Source of the DNA: Bacteroidales bacterium
Lineage (GTDB): Bacteria; Bacteroidota; Bacteroidia; Bacteroidales; JAGOPY01
Reading direction: 5' to 3'
DNA length: 64,000 bases
Assembly (NCBI GenBank): GCA_023229505.1
Contig: JALNZD010000001.1
Coordinates: 130,823-194,822, forward strand
Below, piece by piece: positions 7,651 to 18,200 of the stretch. The position numbers and the translations under genes were made by a program. Below the pieces are notes generated by a model that worked only from the letters and a program-made list of their open reading frames with translations, was not told the origin of the DNA and searched no databases. Positions within the stretch are counted from its first letter, which is position 1; the number at the start of each line of letters is the position of its first letter.

Positions 7651-7655
7651 CGAAG

Positions 7656-8531
7656 ATGGAGACTGCTGAAATACTCAAAAAAGTAAGAAAGATAGAGATC
7701 AAGACACGGGGGTTGTCGCACCAGGTGTTCTCAGGTCATTATCATTCTGCTTTCAAGGGGAAAGGTATGACTTTCAGCGAAGTCCGCGAGTATCAGTATG
7801 GTGATGATATCAGGAGCATCGACTGGAATGTCACTGCAAGGTTCAACCATCCGTATGTCAAGATCTTCGATGAAGAAAGGGAACTGACCGTTATGCTTGT
7901 CATTGATGTCAGTGGTTCGAATGAATTTGGCACCCGGCAGCAGCTGAAAGAAGATCTGATGACGGAAATCGCCGCCGTTCTCGCCTTTTCAGCCATTCAA
8001 AACAACGACAAAGTCGGGGTGGTCTTTTTCAGCGACAGGGTTGAGAAATTCATCCCTCCCAAGAAGGGTAAATCGCATATCCTGAGGATTATCCGTGAGC
8101 TGATCGACTTTCAGCCGCAGAGCCAGCAAACCAATATTTCCGAAGGGCTGCGTTTTCTTTCGAATGCCATCAAGAAAAAATGCATTGCCTTCGTAATATC
8201 CGATTTTATGGATAAAGGCTTCGAGCAGGCCCTCAGGATTGCCAGCCGGAAACATGATATCGTGGCCGTCAGGGTTTTCGACAAACGTGAAACCGAAATA
8301 CCAAAAATGGGCATGGTGAATGTATTTAATAAGGAAACCGGCAAAGCTATGTGGATTGATACAAACGACCCGGGCCTGAGGAGTAACTACAGCAGCCATT
8401 GGAACCGCCATGACCAATCGTTGAACCTGCTCTTCAAGAGGCTTGGGGTTGATTCCGCCACAATCCCGACAGGCGAAAATTATGTTAAACCATTAATGAA
8501 CCTGTTTAAATTAAGAGAATCAAGGTTTTAG
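7656..8531 (+). CDS. DUF58 family protein (MoxR-associated, vWA-like)
   Basis: GMTFSEVREYQYGDDIRSIDWNVTAR is the DUF58 signature. The position after moxR is canonical. Confidence 0.85.
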   Translation: METAEILKKVRKIEIKTRGLSHQVFSGHYHSAFKGKGMTFSEVREYQYGDDIRSIDWNVTARFNHPYVKIFDEERELTVMLVIDVSGSNEFGTRQQLKEDLMTEIAAVLAFSAIQNNDKVGVVFFSDRVEKFIPPKKGKSHILRIIRELIDFQPQSQQTNISEGLRFLSNAIKKKCIAFVISDFMDKGFEQALRIASRKHDIVAVRVFDKRETEIPKMGMVNVFNKETGKAMWIDTNDPGLRSNYSSHWNRHDQSLNLLFKRLGVDSATIPTGENYVKPLMNLFKLRESRF

Positions 8532-8532
8532 G

Positions 8533-9525
8533 ATGATGGTGCAATGGAAATACATAATTATGCTTTTCATGTTTGCAGGGCTGACCTTCACCATGCAAGG
8601 CCAATATACCGGCGCAAACGCCAGGCTGGAAAAGGACAATTTACAGATCGGCGACCAGGTAACACTTGAGCTCACCGTCACAGTTCCTGCCGGGAGCCTT
8701 GTCCAATGGCCCATGCTGTTGGATACACTGGTAAGGAATATCGAAATCCTGAGAAAATCCGGACTCGATACTATTACATCTAACAAAGAACAGTTTACAC
8801 TGAAACAGAAACTTATCATAACCTCATTTGATTCCGGATCTTATATTATTCCACCGATTCCCTTTAAATATACCCAAAAAGGCGATACTGTCACTTATTA
8901 TACGCAGACATCGCCTGTAAATCTCGATGTACAAACCATCAAAACTGATCCTGCAAAGGATATCAAACCCATCAAGCCGCCCCTCGCTGCCCCGGTAACT
9001 TTTCGTGAGCTATTGCCCTGGATCGGCCTGGGGGTGATCATCCTAGCTCTTGCATTCCTGATTTATTTTTTTCTGAAGAAGCGAAAACAAAAAGTGCCTG
9101 TTTTTACATCACGGCTTAAGACAAGCATACCGCCTTATGAGGCCGCTATGGAAGCGCTGGAAAGCCTTCGGCTGAAAAAGCTATGGCAGGCAGGAAGGGT
9201 AAAAGAGTATTATTCAGAGATGACGGATATTGTCCGTGAATATATAGAACTGAGATTTCCGGTGAGGGCTCTTGAAATGACGACCAGTGAAATCGATGCC
9301 GCGCTGCGCCAGACTGATGTCAACAGCAGTGCGAGAGAAAAGTTGCATCAAACGCTTGTCCTGGCTGACCTGGTCAAGTTTGCCAAAGAACAGCCCTTAC
9401 CGTTGGAAAACGATCTCAGCTTTAGCCAAAGCGTGGATTTTGTAAGGGAAACCAGGCCACGTAAGGAAACTGAGCCCTTACAAGCTGAAAAGGCTGAAAA
9501 TGTTGAACAGAATATTATGAAATAA
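8533..9525 (+). CDS. Bat-operon membrane protein (BatD-like N-terminus, one central TM helix)
   Basis: Signal peptide, TM helix LPWIGLGVIILALAFLIYFF, and a cytosolic helical C-terminus. The stop overlaps the batA start (TAATG). Confidence 0.6.
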   Translation: MMVQWKYIIMLFMFAGLTFTMQGQYTGANARLEKDNLQIGDQVTLELTVTVPAGSLVQWPMLLDTLVRNIEILRKSGLDTITSNKEQFTLKQKLIITSFDSGSYIIPPIPFKYTQKGDTVTYYTQTSPVNLDVQTIKTDPAKDIKPIKPPLAAPVTFRELLPWIGLGVIILALAFLIYFFLKKRKQKVPVFTSRLKTSIPPYEAAMEALESLRLKKLWQAGRVKEYYSEMTDIVREYIELRFPVRALEMTTSEIDAALRQTDVNSSAREKLHQTLVLADLVKFAKEQPLPLENDLSFSQSVDFVRETRPRKETEPLQAEKAENVEQNIMK

Positions 9526-10520
9526 TGTTTTCGAATATTGAATTTGCCAATCCCGGATATTTATTCCTGCTCGTGCTGATGCCCCTGCTGGTGGCCTGGT
9601 ATTGGTTCAGGCGCGGAAAAAGCATCCCGACGGTGCAGGTATCCGCCACCGAGGTATTCGAGAACACTCCCAGGAGCATTCGCCATTACCTGTACCATGG
9701 CATGTTTCTCTTCCGGATTATCGCCGTTTCACTTCTGATCGTGGCTTTTGCCAGGCCCCAGACATCCCTGAAAAGGCAGAATGTCAGCATCGAAGGTATT
9801 GATATTGTGCTGGGACTGGATATCTCGGGCAGCATGCTCGCCCAGGACCTGAAACCAGACCGGCTGGAAGCTGCCAAAAAGGTGAGCCAGGACTTTTTTA
9901 CGGGCCGTCCGAATGACCGTATCGGCCTGGTTGTCTTTGCCGGGGAGGCTTTCACACAATGCCCGCTTACGACTGACCACGTAATCATTGAAGATATGCT
10001 GGATGATATCAAGAGCGGGATCATCCAGGACGGAACCGCCATTGGCGATGGTTTGGCCACTGCCATCAACCGGCTGAAAGAAAGCCAGGCTGTCAGTAAA
10101 GTCATCATCCTTCTGACCGATGGCCAGAACAATGCCGGATCTATTGCCCCGCTTTCGGCTGCAGAAATTGCAAAAATTTATGGTATCCGGATTTATACCA
10201 TCGGTGTCGGGACAATTGGCTATGCCCCTTATCCCGTACAGACCCCTTTTGGCACGCAATACCAGAATATGGAAGTTAAAATCGATGAGGACCTCCTGAA
10301 GAAAGTGGCCAATATGACTGATGGCAGGTACTTCAGGGCGACTGATAATACAAAACTCAAGGAAGTTTACCGGGAAATAGACCAACTGGAGAAATCCAAA
10401 ATAGATGTGACCGAATTCAGAAAAAAACACGAAGAATTTCTTAATCTGGCGATATTTGCGCTTATTTTACTGGCGCTGGAAATTTTATCAAGATTAACCT
10501 TATTCAGAAGTATACCCTGA
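9525..10520 (+). CDS. batA: vWA-domain aerotolerance protein BatA
   Basis: N-terminal TM helices and a vWA MIDAS motif (DISGSM), then LLTDGQNN and a C-terminal TM helix. TGATG overlap with batB. Confidence 0.85.
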   Translation: MFSNIEFANPGYLFLLVLMPLLVAWYWFRRGKSIPTVQVSATEVFENTPRSIRHYLYHGMFLFRIIAVSLLIVAFARPQTSLKRQNVSIEGIDIVLGLDISGSMLAQDLKPDRLEAAKKVSQDFFTGRPNDRIGLVVFAGEAFTQCPLTTDHVIIEDMLDDIKSGIIQDGTAIGDGLATAINRLKESQAVSKVIILLTDGQNNAGSIAPLSAAEIAKIYGIRIYTIGVGTIGYAPYPVQTPFGTQYQNMEVKIDEDLLKKVANMTDGRYFRATDNTKLKEVYREIDQLEKSKIDVTEFRKKHEEFLNLAIFALILLALEILSRLTLFRSIP

Positions 10521-11551
10521 TGTTCCGCTTTGAACACATAGAATACCTGTACGCCCTGCTGCTGATCCCCTTCTTCAGCTTGTTATTCATCCTTTACGGG
10601 ATTTGGAAGAAAAGGGCCATTAAAAGGTTCGGGGATCTGGATGTCATCGCCCAGCTTATGCCACTTTTTTCCGGCAGGAGGCTGGTGTTTAAATTTATCC
10701 TGACCATGCTCGCTTTTGCTTTCCTGATCATCGGGCTGGCCAATCCGCAGATAGGCTCCAAACTTGAAAAGATCCAGCGAAAAGGGGCTGACCTGGTCAT
10801 CGCGCTGGATGTATCAAACAGCATGCTATCACAGGATATCCGGCCAGACCGGCTAACCCGGGCCGTGCAGGGCATCTCCAAACTGGTTGACCGCCTTGAA
10901 GGCGACCGCATCGGCATTGTGGTCTTTGCAGGAAAGGCCTATGTGCAGCTCCCTATCACTACTGATTATTCAGCGGCAAAAATGTTTCTTTCGACAATTT
11001 CCACCCAGATGGTCCCTTCGCAGGGAACCGCTATCGGCGATGCTATCGATCTGTCAGTCGAATCTTTCAAAGCAGACGAAAGGAGCAAGGCAATCATCAT
11101 CATCACCGACGGAGAAAACCACGAAGGCAATGCTGTCGAATCCGCCCAGGCTGCCACCGCCAAAGGCATCAAAATTTTTACGATAGGAATGGGTTCCCCG
11201 GAAGGTTCACCTATACCTGTTTATGACTCCTACGGCAGGCAAACCGGCTATAAGACTGACCGGGAGGGACAGACCATCGTATCAAAACTTGACGAAACTA
11301 CGCTCCAGCAGATCGCTTCAGCCGGAAATGGTATCTATGTGAGGGCATCGACCGGGCAGGATGGCCTGACCAAAATTCTCGACGAAATAAATGCGTTGGA
11401 AAAGCAGGAAATTGAGACCAAGATGTTTTCTGAATATGAAGGCCGATTCCAATATTTCCTGGCGGTCAGCTTGCTATTGTTGATCATTGAATTTCTTATC
11501 CCGGAAAGAAAAAGTAAATGGGCAGACAAAATCAGACTATTTAACCGTTAA
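10520..11551 (+). CDS. batB: vWA-domain aerotolerance protein BatB
   Basis: ALDVSNSM MIDAS motif, ITDGENH, and flanking TM helices. Confidence 0.85.
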   Translation: MFRFEHIEYLYALLLIPFFSLLFILYGIWKKRAIKRFGDLDVIAQLMPLFSGRRLVFKFILTMLAFAFLIIGLANPQIGSKLEKIQRKGADLVIALDVSNSMLSQDIRPDRLTRAVQGISKLVDRLEGDRIGIVVFAGKAYVQLPITTDYSAAKMFLSTISTQMVPSQGTAIGDAIDLSVESFKADERSKAIIIITDGENHEGNAVESAQAATAKGIKIFTIGMGSPEGSPIPVYDSYGRQTGYKTDREGQTIVSKLDETTLQQIASAGNGIYVRASTGQDGLTKILDEINALEKQEIETKMFSEYEGRFQYFLAVSLLLLIIEFLIPERKSKWADKIRLFNR

Positions 11552-11559
11552 TAAGAGAA

Positions 11560-12318
11560 ATGAAAAATAAACGTTCCTATATATTTTTGCTTTTCATGAC
11601 CATGACTCTGCTCTCCTGGTCGCAACAGGAGAACCGGTATATACGGCAGGGGAATAAGCAATATGAAGATGGTGATTACAAAAAAGCCGAAATTGATTAT
11701 CTCAAATCCACCCAGTCGGGCAAAGCTTCGCACAAAGGTTTCTACAACCTGGGGGATGCCTGGTACATGCAGAAAAATTATCTGCAGGCTTCCGCTGCTT
11801 TCGACACGCTCCGGACATTTAAAATGGATGACGAAACCCGTTCCAAATCTTACTATAACCTGGGTAATTCCTTGTTAAAAGCAGCTCTCGACAGTGCACA
11901 GCTGGCCCAGCAGGTTCTCCCACCGGGCATTGAGGCTTACAAACAGTCTTTACGCCTGAATCCAGCGGATGCTGACGCCAAATACAACCTGGCCTATGCT
12001 CAGCGACTGCTTGATAAATCTCAGCAACAGCAACAAAAGCAGGATCAGCAAGACCAAAAGGACCAGCAACAGGATCAGAAAAAGCAAGATCAGCAGCAGA
12101 ACCAGGATCAACAAGATCAGCAGAAAGAGGACGATGCGAAGCAGGACCAGCAACAGCAGGATCAGCAGCAACAACAGGCCCAGCCCCAGCAGATATCCAA
12201 GGAAGATGCTGAACGGATACTGGAAGCATTAAAAAATGATGAAAAACAGACCCTGGAAAAGCTAAAAGAGGCAAAAATAAAAACGATAAGGGTTGTCAAA
12301 TCCGAAAAGGACTGGTAG
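11560..12318 (+). CDS. batC: TPR protein BatC with a Q/D/K-rich low-complexity tail
   Basis: TPR-like N-terminal half, then QQQQKQDQQDQKDQQQDQKKQDQQQNQDQQDQQKEDDAKQDQQQQDQQQQQAQPQQ. Confidence 0.75.
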   Translation: MKNKRSYIFLLFMTMTLLSWSQQENRYIRQGNKQYEDGDYKKAEIDYLKSTQSGKASHKGFYNLGDAWYMQKNYLQASAAFDTLRTFKMDDETRSKSYYNLGNSLLKAALDSAQLAQQVLPPGIEAYKQSLRLNPADADAKYNLAYAQRLLDKSQQQQQKQDQQDQKDQQQDQKKQDQQQNQDQQDQQKEDDAKQDQQQQDQQQQQAQPQQISKEDAERILEALKNDEKQTLEKLKEAKIKTIRVVKSEKDW

Positions 12319-12364
12319 AGTTTTTTATGAAAAAGAAACAACGAAATATCAGCACGGTCAAAAA

Positions 12365-14218
12365 ATGATAAGAATCCTCAGAATATTATTTGTTTTGGCT
12401 ATCCTGGAAGGGGTAACGGATGATATCCTTGGCCAGGCAGTTGAATTCACGGCTTCGGCAAAGAGCAGTGTCCAGGTTGGGGAACAATTAAGGGTGGTTT
12501 ATACGGTCAATAAACAGGTGGATCGTTTTGAAGGACCAGATTTTGAGGGGTTCAGCGTGCTGAGTGGTCCGAACCAGTCAACGAACCAGAGTTATCAGTT
12601 TATCAATGGTAAAGTCTCACAATCTTTCCAGGTTTCCTACACTTATTATCTACAGGCAACCAAAGAAGGCACTTTTAACATTAACCCAGCTAAAGTCACC
12701 ACTGAAGGAAAAACTTACGAATCCAATTCCCTGACAATCAATGTTTCTCAATCGGCCTCTTCCCAGACGCCTACTCAGCAGGGAAACCAGCGGCCTGCCC
12801 AGGCAAGGCAGGAAAGTGTCAATAAAAATGATATTTTTATCAAAGCAACGGTCGACCGGTCCCAGCCTTTCCAGGGCGAACAGGTAATCGTCACTTATAA
12901 AATCTACACAACCATACCGATCTCCCAGATCAATATCAGCAAGATCTCTTCTTTCCCCGGGTTTTGGAATAAAAGCCTGTTGAACGACAATGATCCTTTA
13001 AAACAATCAAATGAAGTAGTTAACGGGAAAGAGTATGTTGTAGCTGATCTGCGGAAAATCGCCCTGTATGCCCAGCGAAGCGGGGAGATCAAAATCGAAC
13101 CCATGGAGCTGCAATGTGTGGCGCAGGTCAAAGTCGAAAATTCACGAACCCGGGACCCTTTTTTCGACAGCTTTTTTAACGACCCTTTCTTTAACCGGAA
13201 TTTTCAAAATGTCGAACTTAAAGTGGAGTCCAATCCGCTGTCCATCAATGTAAAACCCTTACCTGCCAGCGGTAAGCCGCTGGATTTCAGCGGGGCCGTA
13301 GGGTCGTTCAATATTTCTTCGGAAATCGACCGGACTGAATTAAAATCAAATGAGCCCATAACATTAAAGTTTACCATATCAGGAAAAGGCAACCTTGAAC
13401 TGATCGAAGCCATGCCTCTGTCGTTTCCTCCTGATTTTGAAACCTACGATCCGAAGATCACCAATGATCTTACGAAAAATTCCAACGGTATCTCCGGCAG
13501 CATAACCTTTGAATACCTTATCATACCGCGCAATCCGGGAGAATTTCAAATCAAACCGGTCGAATTTTCATTTTTTGATCCTGTCAAACAATCTTACACT
13601 ACTCTTTCAACCCCCCTTTACAATATCAAAGTAAATAAAGGTGAGGATGAATCAAGCGGTATAACTTACAGTGGTGTAAGTCAGAAAAATATACAGTTCA
13701 TCGGATCCGACATCAGGCACATAAAGACGGGACATATCCAGCTTTATCGTATCAATTCATTTTTCATAGCATCATCATCTTTTATATTCTGGCTGATCAT
13801 CCCGGCGTTGCTTTTTATCACGATCATCATTCTATGGTCAAAAAATAAAAAGAGAAGCGGAAATATTGCCCTTGTAAGGAACAGGAAAGCCAATAAAGTC
13901 GCCAGGAAAAACCTTCAAAAAGCCGGTGAATACCTCCAAAGCAATTCGACCGGGGCATTTTTTGAAGAAATTTCCCGTGCATTATGGGGTTACATAAGTA
14001 ATAAGTTCAACATCCCGCTTTCTGATTTATCGATTGAAAGCGTCAATCAGCGGTTATCTGATAAAAGTATCAGTGAAGAAAGCATTCGTAAATTTACCGG
14101 AGTACTTGAAAATTGCGAATACGCCAGGTTTGCACCGGGCGATAAATCTGAGAAAATGCAAGGTATTTATAACGAGGCTCTTGAAGTTATCAGCAAAATT
14201 GAACAGGAATTGAAATAA
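12365..14218 (+). CDS. batD: BatD (oxygen-tolerance) protein
   Basis: The likely start is the ATG at 12365 (MIRILRILFVLAILEG signal). The track ORF begins with TTG inside batC. It has a large extracytoplasmic region, a TM helix (FIFWLIIPALLFITIIILW) and a cytosolic tail. Confidence 0.75.
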   Translation: MIRILRILFVLAILEGVTDDILGQAVEFTASAKSSVQVGEQLRVVYTVNKQVDRFEGPDFEGFSVLSGPNQSTNQSYQFINGKVSQSFQVSYTYYLQATKEGTFNINPAKVTTEGKTYESNSLTINVSQSASSQTPTQQGNQRPAQARQESVNKNDIFIKATVDRSQPFQGEQVIVTYKIYTTIPISQINISKISSFPGFWNKSLLNDNDPLKQSNEVVNGKEYVVADLRKIALYAQRSGEIKIEPMELQCVAQVKVENSRTRDPFFDSFFNDPFFNRNFQNVELKVESNPLSINVKPLPASGKPLDFSGAVGSFNISSEIDRTELKSNEPITLKFTISGKGNLELIEAMPLSFPPDFETYDPKITNDLTKNSNGISGSITFEYLIIPRNPGEFQIKPVEFSFFDPVKQSYTTLSTPLYNIKVNKGEDESSGITYSGVSQKNIQFIGSDIRHIKTGHIQLYRINSFFIASSSFIFWLIIPALLFITIIILWSKNKKRSGNIALVRNRKANKVARKNLQKAGEYLQSNSTGAFFEEISRALWGYISNKFNIPLSDLSIESVNQRLSDKSISEESIRKFTGVLENCEYARFAPGDKSEKMQGIYNEALEVISKIEQELK

Positions 14219-14227
14219 ATCGAATCC

Positions 14228-14989
14228 ATGAAGAACCTGGTGATTATCTTTTGTCTTTTCCTACTGGCCATGAATCTTCCGGCCCAGATGACAAACCTTG
14301 AAAGCCTCATCGAGGCAGGTAACCAGTCCTATTCATCAACAGACTATACTTCAGCCATTTCTCAATATGAAAGTGTCCTCGAATCAGGTATGGAGTCTTC
14401 GAGTTTATATTTCAACCTCGGCAATGCATACTTTAAACTGAACAATATCCCGGCCGCCATCCTTTATTATGAAAAAGCGAGAAAACTGGATCCCACTGAT
14501 GAAAATATCCAATTCAATCTTGACCTGGCCAATAGCAGGATTATTGACAAGATGGAGCCATTGCCTGAGTTTTTCCTGAGAACCTGGTGGAAATCGGCAA
14601 GGGATACATTTTCCTCAGACCGTTGGGCTAAAATCGGAGTGATTGGTTTTATCCTGGCACTGGTTGCATTAACCTTATTTATTGTCTCGGTTTCGATATT
14701 TCTGAGGAAGATATCATTTTGGTCGGGAATCCTGCTCCTGGTCCTGATGTTAGTGTCACTTATCTTCAGCATCGAAGGATACAGGGACTATAGCCGGCAT
14801 AATTCAGCTATTATTTTCACCCCGACCGTTACGGTAAAAAGCTCCCCGAATGATGCCAGCGTTGACTTATTTGTCATTCATGAGGGGACAAAAGTGCTTA
14901 TTACAGACCTGGTAGAAGGTTGGAGCGAAGTGCGTCTGGCCAACGGTCATGTCGGCTGGGTAAAGACCGAAGCCTTCCGCCTTATTTAA
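14228..14989 (+). CDS. batE: BatE-like TPR plus SH3 protein
   Basis: Signal peptide, TPR (YFNLGNAYFKLNNIPAAILYYEKARKLDP), two TM helices, and a C-terminal SH3-like segment GWSEVRLANGHVGWVKTEAF. Confidence 0.75.
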   Translation: MKNLVIIFCLFLLAMNLPAQMTNLESLIEAGNQSYSSTDYTSAISQYESVLESGMESSSLYFNLGNAYFKLNNIPAAILYYEKARKLDPTDENIQFNLDLANSRIIDKMEPLPEFFLRTWWKSARDTFSSDRWAKIGVIGFILALVALTLFIVSVSIFLRKISFWSGILLLVLMLVSLIFSIEGYRDYSRHNSAIIFTPTVTVKSSPNDASVDLFVIHEGTKVLITDLVEGWSEVRLANGHVGWVKTEAFRLI

Positions 14990-15153
14990 TATTTCATAAT
15001 AAATACTCTGATAATCAGTATAAAAGGTCGATAACGGAGCAAGTTGACCTCCTGCCGTTTACTGATTTTGCCTGACCGCTAACTGATTACGGTTTGAAAC
15101 TTATCTATTTAATTTTAAATTTGTAACATCGAACAGTACCCGGATTTTATCAA

Positions 15154-15161
15154 TATCTTTG
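15154..15161 (+). promoter_or_regulatory. -7 box TATCTTTG
   Basis: Matches TAnnTTTG but lies 104 nt upstream of the ATG at 15265, which implies a long leader. Confidence 0.3.
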
Positions 15162-15264
15162 TTAAAATTTTAACTATAGCAGATTTGAGTGTATATAAAA
15201 ATAGTGTAAATTGGGCGTCTGTTTCTGATAAGACGATATGTTGTAAAAATCAAATTCTATTTAT

Positions 15265-18200
15265 ATGAATAAAAGACCTTTACCCCTGGGCTATTTAATT
15301 TCTGCCATCTTTGTTTCCTCTCTTTTAATATCTGCAGCTTTTACCGGCGATGATAAATCTGTTACCCAAAAAGAAACGGCAGCGGACTACATTTCCAAAA
15401 TAAAGAACAACCAGGTAACCGGGCAAATCAGTCCGGCAGATTACCTGAAGGCCATTCAGCAGGTTAAAATGCAGGAAGGGATCAGAACCGGCAATGAGTA
15501 TGATTTTGATTGGGATCTTCTCGGACCGAATAACATTGGTGGCCGGACCCGTGCTATCTTATTTGATAACCGTGATGCCAGCGGAAAAATTATGTATGCC
15601 GGCAGTGTCACAGGAGGCATATTCAGATCAGAAAACGGCGGTGAGAATTGGTCCAAGATCGTGCAGGATGGAAACCTGAATGTGACCTGCATTACCCAGG
15701 CCGGTAACGGTGATATTTTTGTGAGTACCGGGGAAGGCTTTAACGTCCAGGAATATACGGTTCTCAAAGAGTGGGGCTATACAGGCGGTTTAATGGGGCA
15801 AGGGATATTCAAATCCACTGATGGTTTGAATTTCAACCTTCTGCCTGCCACAAAACCCATCCTGAATGGCAATAGTGAACTTGAATGGGGCTTTATCAAT
15901 GAATTGGCTGCCCATCCCGCCAACGGAGCATTGTTTGCCGCTACAAACACGGGTTTGAAATTCTCGGGTGATGGCGGAAACAACTGGCAGGTTGCAAAAA
16001 ATTCCGAAGGTGCTGAATTGTCCCTGAACTCTAAAGATGTTAAAATGGCTGCTAACGGCATGGTCGTAGCAGAAGTCAATAATCTTTGCTATGTTTCGGA
16101 AAACGGTGACCCTAGCAACTTTATACTGCGTTCAGGCGATTCTACTTATAATATTCCTGTTACCGGTGTTGGAAGGATTGAATTTTCAATCGCACCTGCT
16201 GATAACGATATTATTTATGCACTGGTAGTCACTTCCAGCGGGGCACTAAAGAATATTTACCGGTCAGATGATAAAGGTATGAATTGGGTAGTAGTCGGGC
16301 CCGGCGGTAGTTCGAATTTCAATATCTTTAATACGGGAAGTAACATCAGCCAGGGCATCGGGTTATTTGCCGCGACTATCGAAGTGTTCCCGGATGATCC
16401 TTATCACATTCTCATCGGTGGGCAGGATATGTGGGAAGGCAAAAAAATCCTTGATGAAGGATTCTACCAGTGGATTTCACGCTCATCTGCAGTCCTTTTT
16501 TGGTTAGACGAGCCATTCCTGTGGCAAGGGCATCACACCTATCAATTTATGCCCGGTTCTCCAAACAATTTCTTTGCAGGCACCAACGGAGGTATATCAA
16601 TGGGCACGGTTAATCCGCAACTCTATGTATTCCAATTCATGAACAAGGATTATATCGCCAGCCAGTTCTATACTGTCAGCCCGACGTTGGAAAAGAAAAA
16701 TGTACTGGGAGGCGCACAGGATATCGGCACTATCTTTATTAACGGCGCTGCCAATCCCTCCGATAGTAAAAGAGGCGAGGATATCTGGACCACTCAGAGT
16801 GATGTGCCTGACGGCAAAACCGGCGGTTATTGTGCAATGTCTTTAATCTATCCGACAGCTGTTATCTATTCAAGGCGTATTCAATCTGTGGCAACCCCCC
16901 TTCCCCCCCCAGAGTTCAGACGTAATGAGTTCGGCGGTGGACCCGACTGGGCGGCTAGTATGCTCCCAGCTACTACTATCTATGCAAGCACAGCCTTTCT
17001 TTCACCCTTCCTGCTCTATGAAAACTTCGAAGATTTCAACACAAAAGATACCGTTGAATATAAAATTACCAGGCATTTCGCTGCAGGATCAGTAATTTGG
17101 ATTGAAAGCAATAATGGCAAACGGCCTTTTAAATATATCACCCCTGTTGCTCTCACACCAGGCGATTCGATCGGTGTGCCGGATATTATCACTGCAAGGT
17201 TTTTCATCGGCGGCGATAACCGTGTGTTAATGACCAAACAAATGATTCAATTCAATGTTAATCCTGAATGGTTTGTCATCAGCGACACGGCACATGATGG
17301 TGTCGCAGATAAACCGCAGTGCATGGCTTATTCATCTGATGCAAACCACCTTTTTGTCGGCACAGATAAAGGAAAGCTTTACAGGATTTCGAATATAAAG
17401 TATGCTTATAATTATGAAACGGCCGATGTAAACAGCGCTTATTGTGTGATCTCCACCAAACAGATACCTGTTTATCTGCCAGGCACGACAACGGAAATTT
17501 CACAGGTTATAACATCCGTTTCTGTAGATCCAAATAATGACAGCAGGGTCATGATCACCCTTGGCAACTATGGTAATGAGCACTATGTTTTTTATTCAAA
17601 TAATGCCCTTGCTGAAAACCCGGTATTCATCTCGGCTCAAGGCGACCCCGGTAACGGTGGCCTCCCGCAGGCACCGGCTTATTCTTCACTTTTCGAAATG
17701 GATCCTGATAACAACCTGGTCTTTGTCGGAACAGAAAATGGCATTTATGTTACAAATAACATAGGATCTGGCAACCCGACCTGGGTGGCTGAAAACAATA
17801 ACCTGGGAGGCGTACCGGTATTTATGCTGAAGCAGCAGAATGTCAGAAAAGGCAATGATACGCTGGCTTTTGTGAATATCGACACGACTTATGTCATCTA
17901 TTACGGGGTCAATAATTATGGGGTGATTTACGGAGCAACATACGGAAGGGGCCTCATCTCACTCGATAATTTCCAGAAGCCGGTAGGCATTTCAGAACCC
18001 GGTAAAATTGATAATAAAAATGGTTTCATGATTTACCCGAATCCCGCCGATGACAGGGTGACCGTTGCTTTTGAAACGGTGACAACGGGTAATGTTGAGA
18101 TCAGAATTTACAATCTCACGGGAAATCTTGTTATAAGTGTCGACCTGGGCATAAGGCCTGAAGGCAGGCATGATGCTATCATTAATATTGCCAACCTGAG

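Noticed and set aside
11819-12274. Several ORFs on both strands across the batC Q/D-rich tract (11819-12274, 11950-12174, 11969-12232).
   Set aside because: These are artefacts of the CAG/CAA/GAT-rich repeat, which keeps several frames open. The batC frame is supported by its TPR N-terminus and its operon context.
14990-15264. A possible small RNA, tRNA or other RNA gene in the long spacers 14990-15264 and 6301-6569.
   Set aside because: I saw only short 5-bp stems (for example AGGTC...GACCT and CGTCT...AGACG), with no cloverleaf or known RNA motif. The evidence is insufficient without covariance-model scans.
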